The notes: a model not told the origin generated them from the letters alone. A stretch of DNA of 64,000 nt from Candidatus Micrarchaeota archaeon (GCA_018304385.1 JAGVWJ010000014.1:1-64000); one strand, 5' to 3'. Positions 9,486 to 19,902 are shown, counted from the stretch's first letter. Made by a program: numbers and translations.

Positions 9486-12400
9486 ATGCCACCTGATGAC
9501 GAACTAGTTAAGAATTTACAGCCTTTATACAAAGCAGTCGCAAAGAACATGCTTAATGCAATCGCTGCAAAGGCACCGAATGCAAAGCAAAAAGCAACGC
9601 TTATTGAGATCATAGAAACAGTTGCTGAGAAAAGCGGACAAAGGGCTATGTATTCTCTGAACCAGATGAACCAGATCATAAAAAATCCTAATTTTAAGTT
9701 GAGCACACTTGATTTCATAAAAATGCTTGCGGAAAAAAGCGAACAACCCGAACACGCAATATGGTTTTTAAGTGTTGCTCTCCAAAACAAGAATTTTAAG
9801 CCAGAAGCGCTAAATGAAGAATTCATAACCAAGTTATGCGCGATAGTCAGCGCTATATCACAAAAGGCTGGGAAAGACGCTGAGCTTGCTTTATCCCATT
9901 TTAACTCAGCCATGTTACATCCGAATTTTAAGGTAGAGATGCTAGATGACGTTTCTGTTATAATAGAAAAATCAGATAAAAAAATTCTGGAAGGATTATG
10001 GTGTTTAAAAGAAGCAATTAAGAATAGGGCAGATTATTCATTAAGCTGTTTCAAATCTTTATGCGAAAACCATAATTTTAAACCAGAAACACTTCAAACA
10101 ATTAAGAAAATCATTGAAAAGGCTACACAGCAAACACAATACCCTGCACTCTATATTTTGGAATCCTTTGAAAAAATACTAAAGAACAACAATTTTAAGC
10201 CAGAAATACTAGATATACTTAATCTGGTTGTTGAGAAGGGGCAGGGAAGGACAGATCAGGCTGCATATGACATGGCAAAGGTTATAGAAAGCAGTAATTT
10301 CGACTCTGGGCTGCTTGAAACCATAAATGGCATTGTTGAAAAAGACCCGGATGGCGTTATTTATGCCTTAGGCCAACTTGCGCAGATTAGCAATAGCACA
10401 AAATTTAGAAAAGAAATGATCGAACCTATCAAAGCTGTTATTGAAAAAACTGATAGATTATTAGATTATGCACTATGGAATGTTGGTGCGTTACTAAAAA
10501 ACCCTAATTTCACTGTAGACATGCTTAACGTACAGGTTGCCAATACATTGTCTGAAAATTTCAATTTAATAGTGAATAGTAATGAAAAAACTGCAAGAGA
10601 TATTCTTCCTTGCTTCAATTCATTATTAGAAAACCCAGGTTTTAAGGTAGACATAATTAATGCAGAATTTACCGGGAGCTTATCAGAAATAGTTAACGCT
10701 ATCACTACACAAAGATATGCCCTATTGTATTTAAACAGCATTCTAAAAAACAAGAATTTTAAGCCTGGGCTATTAGCTGCTATGAAGATGTTAATAGACA
10801 ATGCTAAAAAGAATAAGAATGAAGATTACATATCCTACTCCTTAAACTATATTGACTCCACACTTAAAAATTCAAACTTTAAGCCTGAGTTATTGGAAAC
10901 AATAAAACTTATAGCTGAAAAGAGCACTGAGGATGTATGGTCATTATGGCTTTTAACAATGGTTATTAAAAATAGAAATTTTAAACCTGAACTATTAGGC
11001 AAGGAATTCACAGATAGGCTATACAAGGTTGTTAATTTTGCCTTTGAGAAATCGGGAAATCGTGCTAAAGATGCGCTATTGCATATGGGATCTGTGCTTA
11101 AAAATCCGAATTTTAAGCAGGAAACATTTAGCGAAGAATTTGCTGAAAAGTTATGCAGCAATGTAAATCTTGTTTTTACAAAGGCCGGAGAACGCGATGC
11201 TGGAACAATTTTGTATTACTTAGGGATTCTAGCTGCAAACAAAAATTTTACACCAGATATGTTTATAGGGGAATTATCAGATAAACTATGTAACTTAGTC
11301 AAGATTATTGTTGAAAATTCGCAGCATGAAACCAGATCACCTTTCTGGTTCATAGAGCGAATTATTAAAAATCCAGAGATAAAACCAGCAACTGTCAATA
11401 ATCTTCAAATGCTTGCTGAAAAATCTGGTAAAGATATAATAAACACACTTTGGTTGTTTGGTGCAATCCTTGAAAATCCAAATACAAAAATTGATGTAAT
11501 AAACCAACAGTTTGTAGATGCTGTTTGTAATGTAACTAAATTTACCCTAACAACACTTGGAGAAGAAAAATTCCGTGCTTTTTATATATTGCCAGAACTA
11601 GCAAGAAACCCTAATTTTAAGCAGGAAATGCTAACCAAGGAATATGCAAAGAAGGTATGTGATACAATTAATCTTGTTTTTAGTTCTACTGGAGATCAAA
11701 CTGACGAAACGTTAGCGTACACCCGTAGAATTGTAGGAAATAAAAACTTCAATTTTGAAATGCTAGGCATTGTGAATTTTATTATTGAAAAAACAAACAG
11801 AAACGCAGGCGTTTCATTATCATTCTTAAACTTACTTTTAGAACAGCAAAACTTCAAGCCAGAAATGCTTGATATAATCAAACCAATAGTTGAAAAGATT
11901 GATAAAAAAGCAGATTATGCATTTGAATTTTTGGCCGCAGTGTTGGAAAACAAAAACTTTGAATCTGAAACAATTAATGCTACCTTTGTCGATAAACTTG
12001 CAAGCTTATTCAAATTCATAAGTGGAATCGCTGGAAATTTAGACGCTGAAGTACTTTTAGTGTTGAGTAATGCTGCAAAAAATCCGAACCTTACTCAAGA
12101 AATGCTTAATGAAGATTTTGCTGGGAAATTATATGACGCTGTCAATACGATTTTTGAGAAGAACGTACAAAAAGAAAAGGATTCTTTAGGGTTTTTATAT
12201 TCTGTCATTAAAGGCCCAAATTTTGTGAACGCAATCAATAAGGAATTTTCTAATAGGCTCTGCAGTATTGTTAATCTTGTATTTGAAAAACAAAAGAAAG
12301 CAACGGTTGCTATCAAACCACCATTATGGTACTTAAACGCAGCGGTTAGCAATGTAAATTTTAAACCAGAGATGCTTACTGAAGATTTTGCCACCAAATT

Positions 12401-13349
12401 ATTTGAAACTGTAGATAGTGTATTCTCAAAATCTTCCTTAAACCCTGATACGGTTATATGGTTTTTTGAAAAAATATTAAGGAATATTAATTTTAATCCA
12501 ACTATACTGAATGAGGAGTTTGCAGCCAAAACAGTTGAAACACTTAACTTTGCTGGCGGTTTAGGAACACAAACTGGGCAAACATTTGCGCTTAACTCTC
12601 TATTCTTGAATAGCAATATTGAAAGTATCTTATCATTGCCAGCGGATTATGAAAAAGCAAAGGAGTTTGCAAAATCTACCGAAGCAGAATACGAAAATCC
12701 TGCATTTGTCTTAAACTTTTATTATGGAGGTACAAACATTGGTGATATAAAAGCTAAAGAGCTTCATAACGCGCTAGGGTTAGAGTACTTTGCAAGATAC
12801 ACTGTAAAAACATTGGATGAAGTGCACCAGAATTTAGGCTCAACAGCAAACAAAAAGCCAGTACTATTGGTTGTTTTTAATAAGAATGATCACAACGGTG
12901 CATTTTATAGTGAAGGAACAAAATTAGAAGCGCTTACAAAATATTATAAACTATTGATAGCTGAAGCTGAAAACGAGCATGAATTTTATTCAAAAATTAG
13001 CTCAATTGAAAAGAAATATGGTAAAATAGATACGTTAATAATCGGTGGACATGGCGAAGCAGATTCAATATTACTTGGTATGGATAAAGAAGAAGGAAGA
13101 ATAGACCTCACAGATGAAGAAGAAATTTCGCAGTTACAAGGCCACTTTATCAGTAAACCAACAATAATACTAGTAGCATGTTCTACTGGAAGAAACGAGG
13201 GCTCAATAGGCGCATTACTCTCACGTGCGTTAAAGGCAGATCTATTCGCACCTACGAGAGAGTCATCAGAAACAAACTACCACCTAGATGCCATTGGTAA
13301 AATAGTTGATGTAACTTATAGCGTTAAAGGCAGGATATTTAAGCAATAA
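9486..13349 (+). CDS. Large alpha-solenoid repeat protein (N-x-N-F-K-P-E repeats) with C-terminal clan-CD/caspase-like protease domain
   Basis: About 24 NxNFKPE-type repeats; C-terminal LIIGGHG ... ILVACSTG His/Cys dyad. Confidence 0.8.
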   Translation: MPPDDELVKNLQPLYKAVAKNMLNAIAAKAPNAKQKATLIEIIETVAEKSGQRAMYSLNQMNQIIKNPNFKLSTLDFIKMLAEKSEQPEHAIWFLSVALQNKNFKPEALNEEFITKLCAIVSAISQKAGKDAELALSHFNSAMLHPNFKVEMLDDVSVIIEKSDKKILEGLWCLKEAIKNRADYSLSCFKSLCENHNFKPETLQTIKKIIEKATQQTQYPALYILESFEKILKNNNFKPEILDILNLVVEKGQGRTDQAAYDMAKVIESSNFDSGLLETINGIVEKDPDGVIYALGQLAQISNSTKFRKEMIEPIKAVIEKTDRLLDYALWNVGALLKNPNFTVDMLNVQVANTLSENFNLIVNSNEKTARDILPCFNSLLENPGFKVDIINAEFTGSLSEIVNAITTQRYALLYLNSILKNKNFKPGLLAAMKMLIDNAKKNKNEDYISYSLNYIDSTLKNSNFKPELLETIKLIAEKSTEDVWSLWLLTMVIKNRNFKPELLGKEFTDRLYKVVNFAFEKSGNRAKDALLHMGSVLKNPNFKQETFSEEFAEKLCSNVNLVFTKAGERDAGTILYYLGILAANKNFTPDMFIGELSDKLCNLVKIIVENSQHETRSPFWFIERIIKNPEIKPATVNNLQMLAEKSGKDIINTLWLFGAILENPNTKIDVINQQFVDAVCNVTKFTLTTLGEEKFRAFYILPELARNPNFKQEMLTKEYAKKVCDTINLVFSSTGDQTDETLAYTRRIVGNKNFNFEMLGIVNFIIEKTNRNAGVSLSFLNLLLEQQNFKPEMLDIIKPIVEKIDKKADYAFEFLAAVLENKNFESETINATFVDKLASLFKFISGIAGNLDAEVLLVLSNAAKNPNLTQEMLNEDFAGKLYDAVNTIFEKNVQKEKDSLGFLYSVIKGPNFVNAINKEFSNRLCSIVNLVFEKQKKATVAIKPPLWYLNAAVSNVNFKPEMLTEDFATKLFETVDSVFSKSSLNPDTVIWFFEKILRNINFNPTILNEEFAAKTVETLNFAGGLGTQTGQTFALNSLFLNSNIESILSLPADYEKAKEFAKSTEAEYENPAFVLNFYYGGTNIGDIKAKELHNALGLEYFARYTVKTLDEVHQNLGSTANKKPVLLVVFNKNDHNGAFYSEGTKLEALTKYYKLLIAEAENEHEFYSKISSIEKKYGKIDTLIIGGHGEADSILLGMDKEEGRIDLTDEEEISQLQGHFISKPTIILVACSTGRNEGSIGALLSRALKADLFAPTRESSETNYHLDAIGKIVDVTYSVKGRIFKQ

Positions 13350-14443
13350 TGGGGATCCGTATGCCAAAAGAAGCAAATATTGCAGATTGCGAAATCTGTA
13401 AGAATATTCCTCAAGAGTTTAGTAGTGAGGAAAAAATTCTTAAGCTTCTAACAGTTATTGAAATGAAAAGCTACTATGATTGTTGTGGGACAAGCATTAC
13501 TAAACTCTTAAAATGCCCAATTTGCAGCACTTATTATTACTATAATCACTACTCTGAAGACAGCCATTATCCTCATCATTTCGAATCTGATAGTTTAGAT
13601 ATCAGGCGCTATGACCCAGTAACTACAATTAAATTTCTTGAAGGAATTTCAAACAGCGCTGAAGGAACTCTGCCTGCCCCAACTGGCGCGCTCAAAGAAG
13701 CATTTGCTGAAGGAAGGCAAGTTTCTGAACCTGAGATTTCAGATAAGGCTAACCTAGCTAATGCTGCAAAAAATGAATTGGAAGTACTTACTAAGCGATA
13801 CGAAAATATTATAAAAAATTTAATTGAGATTATAAAAAAGAATGGTATTAACGGAAAAATTAAGCAATATATACTCGAGGCTCTTTGTAATCATTTCATG
13901 GATAAAGGTAAATTTAAAGACTTGGGATTTTTGCTTGACCATAATGACCCTTTCATAAGAGTTAAGACAGCGCATTATTTAGTAGGCGTTGCTACCCTAG
14001 ATGCTCCAGTAACAAAACTAATACACATCCCACCAGAGTTAAGAGAAAAGTTTAAGGTTGATTTTAATAAATTAATAAAGGTTTTCTTTGAGGTGCTATC
14101 TCCTGCTGCCAGTGCAATTGATGATCCCACAAGAATAGACATCAGATATACCGCGATCTATGGATTGAAGGTACTTGCAGGTAGAATAAAACCTGAAACG
14201 CTTAAAGAGAATATCTCTAACATTTTAGATATACTTAAAGAGGAAAAACTTGAATATGATGTTTATTGGCTTCTTAGAGATCTCATAGTAGATAAGAAGA
14301 AGAAAGAGGAGAAAGAAAAAAATGCAAAAATAATTCTTAATGAGATAGAAAAACTTGATGAGAAAAGAAGGGAGATTCTCTCTAAATATGAAAACAAATA
14401 TTGGTCTTTTTTAGAACTCAAAGAAGGAAAAGGAGTGAGTTGA
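13349..14443 (+). CDS. Hypothetical protein with N-terminal Cys/His cluster (CEIC, CPIC) and helical C-terminus
   Basis: TAATG overlap with upstream gene; two CxxC motifs. Confidence 0.7.
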   Translation: MGIRMPKEANIADCEICKNIPQEFSSEEKILKLLTVIEMKSYYDCCGTSITKLLKCPICSTYYYYNHYSEDSHYPHHFESDSLDIRRYDPVTTIKFLEGISNSAEGTLPAPTGALKEAFAEGRQVSEPEISDKANLANAAKNELEVLTKRYENIIKNLIEIIKKNGINGKIKQYILEALCNHFMDKGKFKDLGFLLDHNDPFIRVKTAHYLVGVATLDAPVTKLIHIPPELREKFKVDFNKLIKVFFEVLSPAASAIDDPTRIDIRYTAIYGLKVLAGRIKPETLKENISNILDILKEEKLEYDVYWLLRDLIVDKKKKEEKEKNAKIILNEIEKLDEKRREILSKYENKYWSFLELKEGKGVS

Positions 14444-14446
14444 ATT

Positions 14447-15763
14447 TTACCCCACCATCATATTGCTAACGCGAATATGCGGGCCACCATCGCTAACTGG
14501 CGCTTCCTGATTAAACTTTCCGCAAATACCTGGACTTGTATCGAAATCTTTGCCTACTAGTTCTACATGATTTAATGTTTCTAGAATATTCCCGCTAAGC
14601 GTAACATCGCGCAATAGCTTGCCGAGCTCTCCATTTTTTATTTCATATGCCTCTTCTGCCTTAAACATAAACCCTCCGCTAAAAATATCTACGCTTCCGC
14701 CTTTCATTCCTTTAAGATATATCCCATGTTTGATATCAAAAACATCTTCTCTGCTTGCCTTGCCTTGCATGAAATAGGTATTGCTCATGCGCACTATTGG
14801 TACTGCGTCAAAGCTATCTGCACGCGCGTGACCATTTGGCATAATGTTTAATCGCTCAGAAGTCTCGCGAGAATTTAGATAACCTTTAAGAATTCCATTC
14901 CTAACTAGCTCTGTTTTTTCTGCCTTAACACCTTCATCATCATAAGTGTAATTACCAAAATCTTCAGCTGTTGGGTCATCAATAATATTCACTAGCTCAT
15001 TACCGATTTTTTTATTTAGTTTTCCTGCAAGAATTGATTCACGGTCTATAATGCTATCTGCCTCAGTTGCGTGGCCCAATGCCTCATGACTAAATACGCC
15101 AGTCATTTCTGGATCAAGAACAACTGTGAATCTACCTTTTGGCGGTGCAACCGCATATAGCAATCGCTCTGCTTTTTCATCTGCTATTTTCGCAATCTTA
15201 TAAAGATCTATTTTATCAAATCCTTTAATTGATGCTGCATTTTCATAACCGCGTTGAACAAGCTCTCCGCTCTTTGTAATCGCAGTATAAGAAAGATAGG
15301 TGTAATCCTGTTCTTGAACGATTTCACTGCCAGTGGGATTGTGAAATTCTTTATTTAGATTAAAACTACTGCAAGAAATAATAGTACTTATAACGTGCTT
15401 GCCAGAGATTTCTTTTTTGGCATCAAGTAAAGAATTCAGTTTCTCTTCTATTGGTGTTTCCTTTGTTTTATTTTTAATTGTTTTTATCTCGCTTTTTGTT
15501 TCTTTTAATTTTATATTTCCTTTTTCCAATCTTGCTAGCTTGGTGGCTCTTTCTAAGAGCACAGCAACATCACAATTAATATTATTACTAGAAGCAAACC
15601 CCCAAGAATTACTTTCAAGCACGCGCGCAGATATTCCATAAAATGTTCCAGAAGAGGATTTTATTTCGTCATTAGTTATTCTTATTGCAGATTCACTGCC
15701 GTGGTGTATGCGTAGTTCTGCGTATTGATATTTAGAAAGTAAATTAGAGTAATCAGAACCCAT
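14447..15763 (-). CDS. tldD: TldD/PmbA-family metallopeptidase (TldD-type)
   Basis: HEALGHATEAD zinc motif, RMSNTY, C.KF.Q..PVSDGGP; GGAG RBS before ATG at 15763. Confidence 0.9.
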   Translation of the reverse strand: MGSDYSNLLSKYQYAELRIHHGSESAIRITNDEIKSSSGTFYGISARVLESNSWGFASSNNINCDVAVLLERATKLARLEKGNIKLKETKSEIKTIKNKTKETPIEEKLNSLLDAKKEISGKHVISTIISCSSFNLNKEFHNPTGSEIVQEQDYTYLSYTAITKSGELVQRGYENAASIKGFDKIDLYKIAKIADEKAERLLYAVAPPKGRFTVVLDPEMTGVFSHEALGHATEADSIIDRESILAGKLNKKIGNELVNIIDDPTAEDFGNYTYDDEGVKAEKTELVRNGILKGYLNSRETSERLNIMPNGHARADSFDAVPIVRMSNTYFMQGKASREDVFDIKHGIYLKGMKGGSVDIFSGGFMFKAEEAYEIKNGELGKLLRDVTLSGNILETLNHVELVGKDFDTSPGICGKFNQEAPVSDGGPHIRVSNMMVG

Positions 15764-15786
15764 AACCAAAAACTCCTAACCAAAAA

Positions 15787-16116
15787 CTAAACTATTTGTT
15801 TCAACTTATCTGCATATTCCTTTAACATTTTTTTCTGGTCTCTGCTTTTTACAACCCCACATAATAAGTAGCTTCCTACTGGTAATAGCACAAGAAATAG
15901 CCCTCCTGCGGATATTTCTATTTCTCGTTGTGTATCTTTTAATGTTTTAAGCAAGGCATCACATACATTTGAAAGCGAGGCAAATGTACTCGCACCGCTT
16001 TCGCTAAGCGAGATAGTAGAACTAATAAGAATACCGTCGTTTCGAACAACCGCACCAGTTATTCCATTATTGCGCATCTCTGCAAGCAAATCGTCAACAC
16101 TTTTAGTTTCTGCCAT
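15787..16116 (-). CDS. Roadblock/LC7-domain protein
   Basis: GITGAVVRNDGILISS motif; 109 aa. Confidence 0.75.
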   Translation of the reverse strand: MAETKSVDDLLAEMRNNGITGAVVRNDGILISSTISLSESGASTFASLSNVCDALLKTLKDTQREIEISAGGLFLVLLPVGSYLLCGVVKSRDQKKMLKEYADKLKQIV

Positions 16117-16243
16117 CTATGTTCTCCCCCTATTTTCTCCTTATTACGAAGCCGTCATTTTACTTATATTTTCTATAGTGACGCAGTCTTTTATAATCCT
16201 ATGCTGCGTCGGCCGTCTTCATGTTTTATATGTAAATAAAAAC
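16117..16243 (-). repeat. Dispersed hairpin leader element, copy 1 (upstream of roadblock gene)
   Basis: GTTTTTATTTACAT...GGCCGACGCAG-17nt-CTGCGTC-ACTATAGAAAATATAAGT...GGGGGAGAACATAG-ATG. Confidence 0.85.
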
Positions 16244-16271
16244 TAATGGCTCATTGCTGAATGCTCATTGC
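16244..16271 (-). repeat. Phased heptamer array abutting leader copy 1
   Basis: GCAATGA GCATTCA GCAATGA GCCATTA. Confidence 0.75.
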
Positions 16272-16276
16272 AGCAG

Positions 16277-16993
16277 TTATAATACCATTAGTCCACTTGG
16301 TCCAAGCTTAATTGGTAAGAATAAACTTTGCCCTGGAATATCCAACTCAAAGGATCCTCCTTTATCGACTATTATGTATTTTTCATCGATCATATGTTCA
16401 ACCATGCCTAGTAATTGCTTATCGTGCACCCCTTCTTCAACTAAGAATAAAACAGTTGCTCCAGCATTGCGCAGCCTACCGCTTACTACTTGTAAAAATT
16501 TAAGCATGGAATCTTTTGGATTATAAAGTAATAATGTCGAGAGCGAGCTGAATATAACGCGTAGTTTTTTTCCTGCAGTTTTATTTATGATATCTCCTAT
16601 GTTAAATGACATGTCCTCAAGTGCTTGCGGTCCAGAAACACTAGTAACGTTTGGCTCTTTGGAAGGACTACCTATTGTTTGTGAATAACAATCAACGAAA
16701 CTTATTTCTCCATTTAGATCAAGATCTATTGAAGATGCTTTTTCTTTAATGGCGGATGGAGTCAAATCTGAAGTTATAAATAGGATGTGCTCGTTCTTTG
16801 ATTTTAGACCTGCTGCTGCAAAATGGTAAGCTAATGCTGTTTTCTCTGTACAACTGGGGCCTAAAACCAAAACATTACCTGGATTAAGATAACCGCCTTC
16901 TAGGATTATATCTAAATCCTTAATGCCAGTAGATAGCCTATTTTTCTTTATTATTGGTAGATTTTCGTCTACACCTAATGGGGGTAATTCCAT
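16277..16993 (-). CDS. RAD55/KaiC-like RecA-fold ATPase with degenerate Walker motifs
   Basis: LSTGIKDLD..LEGG, GPSCTEKT, VDCYS, VEEGVHD motifs; likely start MELPP at 16993. Confidence 0.82.
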   Translation of the reverse strand: MELPPLGVDENLPIIKKNRLSTGIKDLDIILEGGYLNPGNVLVLGPSCTEKTALAYHFAAAGLKSKNEHILFITSDLTPSAIKEKASSIDLDLNGEISFVDCYSQTIGSPSKEPNVTSVSGPQALEDMSFNIGDIINKTAGKKLRVIFSSLSTLLLYNPKDSMLKFLQVVSGRLRNAGATVLFLVEEGVHDKQLLGMVEHMIDEKYIIVDKGGSFELDIPGQSLFLPIKLGPSGLMVL

Positions 16994-17017
16994 AAAAGTG
17001 ATATACAGCAATCGCTT

Positions 17018-17144
17018 AAAAATCTTTCCACAGAAAGTCATTAAATTGCCGACGCAGTATACGAAACCATAAGACTGCGTCACCATAGAAAACATAAGTA
17101 GAACGACTGCTTTATAAAAATGAGAAACAAGGAGGAGGACATAG
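17018..17144 (+). repeat. Dispersed hairpin leader element, copy 2 (upstream of FNR-like gene)
   Basis: GCCGACGCAG-17nt-CTGCGTC-ACCATAGAAAACATAAGTAGAACGAC...GGAGGAGGACATAG-ATG; 5' boundary approximate. Confidence 0.8.
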
Positions 17145-17849
17145 ATGGAGATAAAAAAATATAAGATTTCTAGTGTTAGAAATGATGGTACAAATGTAAA
17201 GATATTTACTTTAGAGAGTACCAATGGCCATAACGTACAGTTTAAACCCGGACAGTTTGTAAACCTTTACTTACTTGAAAATGGAAACTTTTCTATTTTT
17301 AGGCAGTTTTCTATTGCATCCGGCCCAAGCAGTGCTCAGTTGGAATTCTGTATAAAGATATTACAAGATGGAAAATTTACTAGCGCACTTGATAAACTAT
17401 CTATTGGTGCTGAGATCGGATTGGCTGGGCCATTTGGCCATTTCGTATACCAAGGGCAAAAAGAATGCGTGTTTATTGCTGCTGGCACAGGAATTGCACC
17501 TATGATGAGCATGCTCCGCTACATTAATGAGAATAAAATAGATGGCGAATTTATAGTATTATATACTAACAAAACAGAAGACTCTATAATATATTATAAT
17601 GAATTAAAGAAACTTCAGGCAGAGAATAAAAATATTAAAGTAGTGTTTACGCTTACCCAAGAGACGCCTGCACATTGGCAAGGAGAACTTGGAAGAATAA
17701 GCAGTGAGATGGTTGAAAAATACGTAACTAAGTCTAATGAAAGGATGTGGTTTTTCTGCGGGCCAGTGGAATTTGTTAAAACTATTAAAGAGCACGCATT
17801 AGGCAAGGGCGCTCAGCCTGATAAGATGAAAATAGAGGGATGGGGATAA
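17145..17849 (+). CDS. Ferredoxin-NADP+ reductase-like FAD/NAD(P)-binding oxidoreductase
   Basis: FKPGQF, RQFSIAS, GPFG.F, IAAGTGIAP, FCGP, terminal EGWG. Confidence 0.88.
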   Translation: MEIKKYKISSVRNDGTNVKIFTLESTNGHNVQFKPGQFVNLYLLENGNFSIFRQFSIASGPSSAQLEFCIKILQDGKFTSALDKLSIGAEIGLAGPFGHFVYQGQKECVFIAAGTGIAPMMSMLRYINENKIDGEFIVLYTNKTEDSIIYYNELKKLQAENKNIKVVFTLTQETPAHWQGELGRISSEMVEKYVTKSNERMWFFCGPVEFVKTIKEHALGKGAQPDKMKIEGWG

Positions 17850-17981
17850 AACATAAGCTTTTAAACTCTTTTTACCACAATATATACTATACTGAACCTC
17901 CAAAAAAAGTCGGATCAGTCTATTCATAACCAAAGAGATGACTTCCTCGGTTGTGAATTGACCAGAAAAAGGTAGTAGGTT

Positions 17982-19334
17982 GTGAATATGATTAGAATTA
18001 ATCTTAGCCCTCCGCAACAGCAAACACGACACCGTAGAGCTGGTGCTGTCCTGGCATTCGGTGCAGCTGCATTATTAGCTAGTGCCATAGGAATAGGAAC
18101 TGCTCATTATTTCAAATCTAGGGCACCTGCACAAGAACTTATACAACTAATAGATTTAGGAGAACCAATAGCTGAAGACCCAAATAAACCAAGATGCGAA
18201 GGCGAAGCAAAGAAAATAGTTGATATTTATGCAGATGGTATTGCAAGTTCAAGCAAACATAGAGTAAATAGGGCATTAGAGCAGATTGAAAAAAAGAGTA
18301 ATGACCCTAATGCTAAACAATTCCTTCATGAACTAGGATTATGTCTAAAAGAAAATGAGTATGTAGGCCCAATTGTAAATGCGTACTCATTTTCACGTGG
18401 CACGCCTGCAGGCGCTACCAATCTTGAACGGATAGCAGATGCAACCCTAGAAGTAAGAACTAATCCTGATGCAGAAAGAAGATATGGGAAAAAATTCTTT
18501 GAAGCAACTACAAAACCAAAAAAGGCAGAGAAAAAAGATGAAAATGGGCTAAGTTGGTACCATTTACTATTTGTTGGCATTATTGCTGCAGGATACGCAG
18601 TAATACGCATGATTACAAACATAAAACCTGAAGAAAAGAAAACAAAGGAACCTGATGTAGGCCACGAGGATATAGATACAGAACAACCACTTGATAGAAC
18701 TAGGGCAACAAGAAAGTTAGGAGGAAGTGAAACAGAAGCAGATCGATTATTACATGAAATATTTGATGATTTGGCGCCTCAAGAAAGACAGGAATTATTA
18801 CAAATCCAATACATGCTTTCATATCAAAGAACATTAGAGGAGTATCTATCAATGGAAGGGGTAATAGAACGGGGAGTTGCTGAAGTAACACTAAGAAGGG
18901 CAAAATATTTTGTAAAACTATCAGAAGATGCAAAGAGAGAGGTAATAGTGCTTACTGAGCAATTAGCAGACAGATTGCTAAGTTGGGCTAGAAGCGAATC
19001 AATAGATAGGTCTTTTAATTATCAAAGAGAAAAATACATATCTGCAATGCTCTGGGACATATTAAAATACGATGCGCACGTTGATGGCGCTGTTACAATT
19101 AAAAACCAAAGAAAGCCAGTATTTAATAATATCTCGGACTTGCAAGAAGCTTCTTTTATTAGAGATGCTGGAATAGATTTAAGTGTGCCAGAGCGATTAA
19201 CCGAAAGCGAGTTACAAACAATCATTGATAACTGCTATTTCGATGTCTCTCCAATCGGCCGTGGGCCAGATGTAAGGCTAAGGCAAGAGCTAACAATTCA
19301 GAGAATGAAGCAATGGTTTAAAAATGAGCAATAA
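17982..19334 (+). CDS. Hypothetical membrane protein (two predicted TM segments)
   Basis: 450 aa; hydrophobic segments near the N-terminus and at WYHLLFVGIIAAGYAVI. Confidence 0.65.
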   Translation: MNMIRINLSPPQQQTRHRRAGAVLAFGAAALLASAIGIGTAHYFKSRAPAQELIQLIDLGEPIAEDPNKPRCEGEAKKIVDIYADGIASSSKHRVNRALEQIEKKSNDPNAKQFLHELGLCLKENEYVGPIVNAYSFSRGTPAGATNLERIADATLEVRTNPDAERRYGKKFFEATTKPKKAEKKDENGLSWYHLLFVGIIAAGYAVIRMITNIKPEEKKTKEPDVGHEDIDTEQPLDRTRATRKLGGSETEADRLLHEIFDDLAPQERQELLQIQYMLSYQRTLEEYLSMEGVIERGVAEVTLRRAKYFVKLSEDAKREVIVLTEQLADRLLSWARSESIDRSFNYQREKYISAMLWDILKYDAHVDGAVTIKNQRKPVFNNISDLQEASFIRDAGIDLSVPERLTESELQTIIDNCYFDVSPIGRGPDVRLRQELTIQRMKQWFKNEQ

Positions 19335-19394
19335 TTAACTTTAAAAATCGAATATAATATACTAGTATCAACTAATTATTTAACAGGTGAATTT

Positions 19395-19865
19395 ATGGAT
19401 AAAACTATTGATGCAATTGTAGATGGCGGTAAAGCAACATCTGGCCCACCTTTAGGACCGGCACTTGGACCATTAGGTGTAAATGCGGGTCAGGTAGTTG
19501 CGAAAATAAACGAGGCAACAAGCTCATTCTCTGGTATGAAAGTACCAGTAAAAGTAATAGTAAATACCAAAACAAAGGAATTCAAAATTGAAATTGGCAC
19601 TCCACCAACAGCTGAGATAATCAAAAAAGAAGCTGGGATAGCAAAGGGAGCAGCTAGTAAAGATGCAAAGGCAGGGAATATTGAATTAGAAAAAATTATA
19701 AAAATCGCAAAACAAAAGAGCAACTCGCTAGGCAAAGACACAAAATCAGTTGTTAATGAAATACTGGGTACTTGCGTAAGCATGGGCGTTACTGTTAACG
19801 GAAAAGATGCCAAGTTGGTTATAAAAGAAATGAAAGAAGGAAAACATGAACCTTTACTGCCATGA
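19395..19865 (+). CDS. rpl11: 50S ribosomal protein L11
   Basis: GGKATSGPPLGPALGPLGVN; EILGTC.SMGVTV. Confidence 0.97.
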   Translation: MDKTIDAIVDGGKATSGPPLGPALGPLGVNAGQVVAKINEATSSFSGMKVPVKVIVNTKTKEFKIEIGTPPTAEIIKKEAGIAKGAASKDAKAGNIELEKIIKIAKQKSNSLGKDTKSVVNEILGTCVSMGVTVNGKDAKLVIKEMKEGKHEPLLP

Positions 19866-19902
19866 GCTGTGAGCAGTCAGCAATGGGCCCATGGCTCAGG
19901 GC
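19859..19902 (+). repeat. Phased heptamer array over rpl11 stop
   Basis: GCCATGA GCTGTGA GCAGTCA GCAATGG GCCCATG GCTCAGG. Confidence 0.8.

Noticed and set aside
16994-17224. N-terminal extensions in ORF-track calls (also 19862, 25870, 36757, 40587, 46969, 52646, 7772)
   Set aside because: They run through heptamer arrays, leader elements, promoters or divergent genes; downstream ATGs match family starts.
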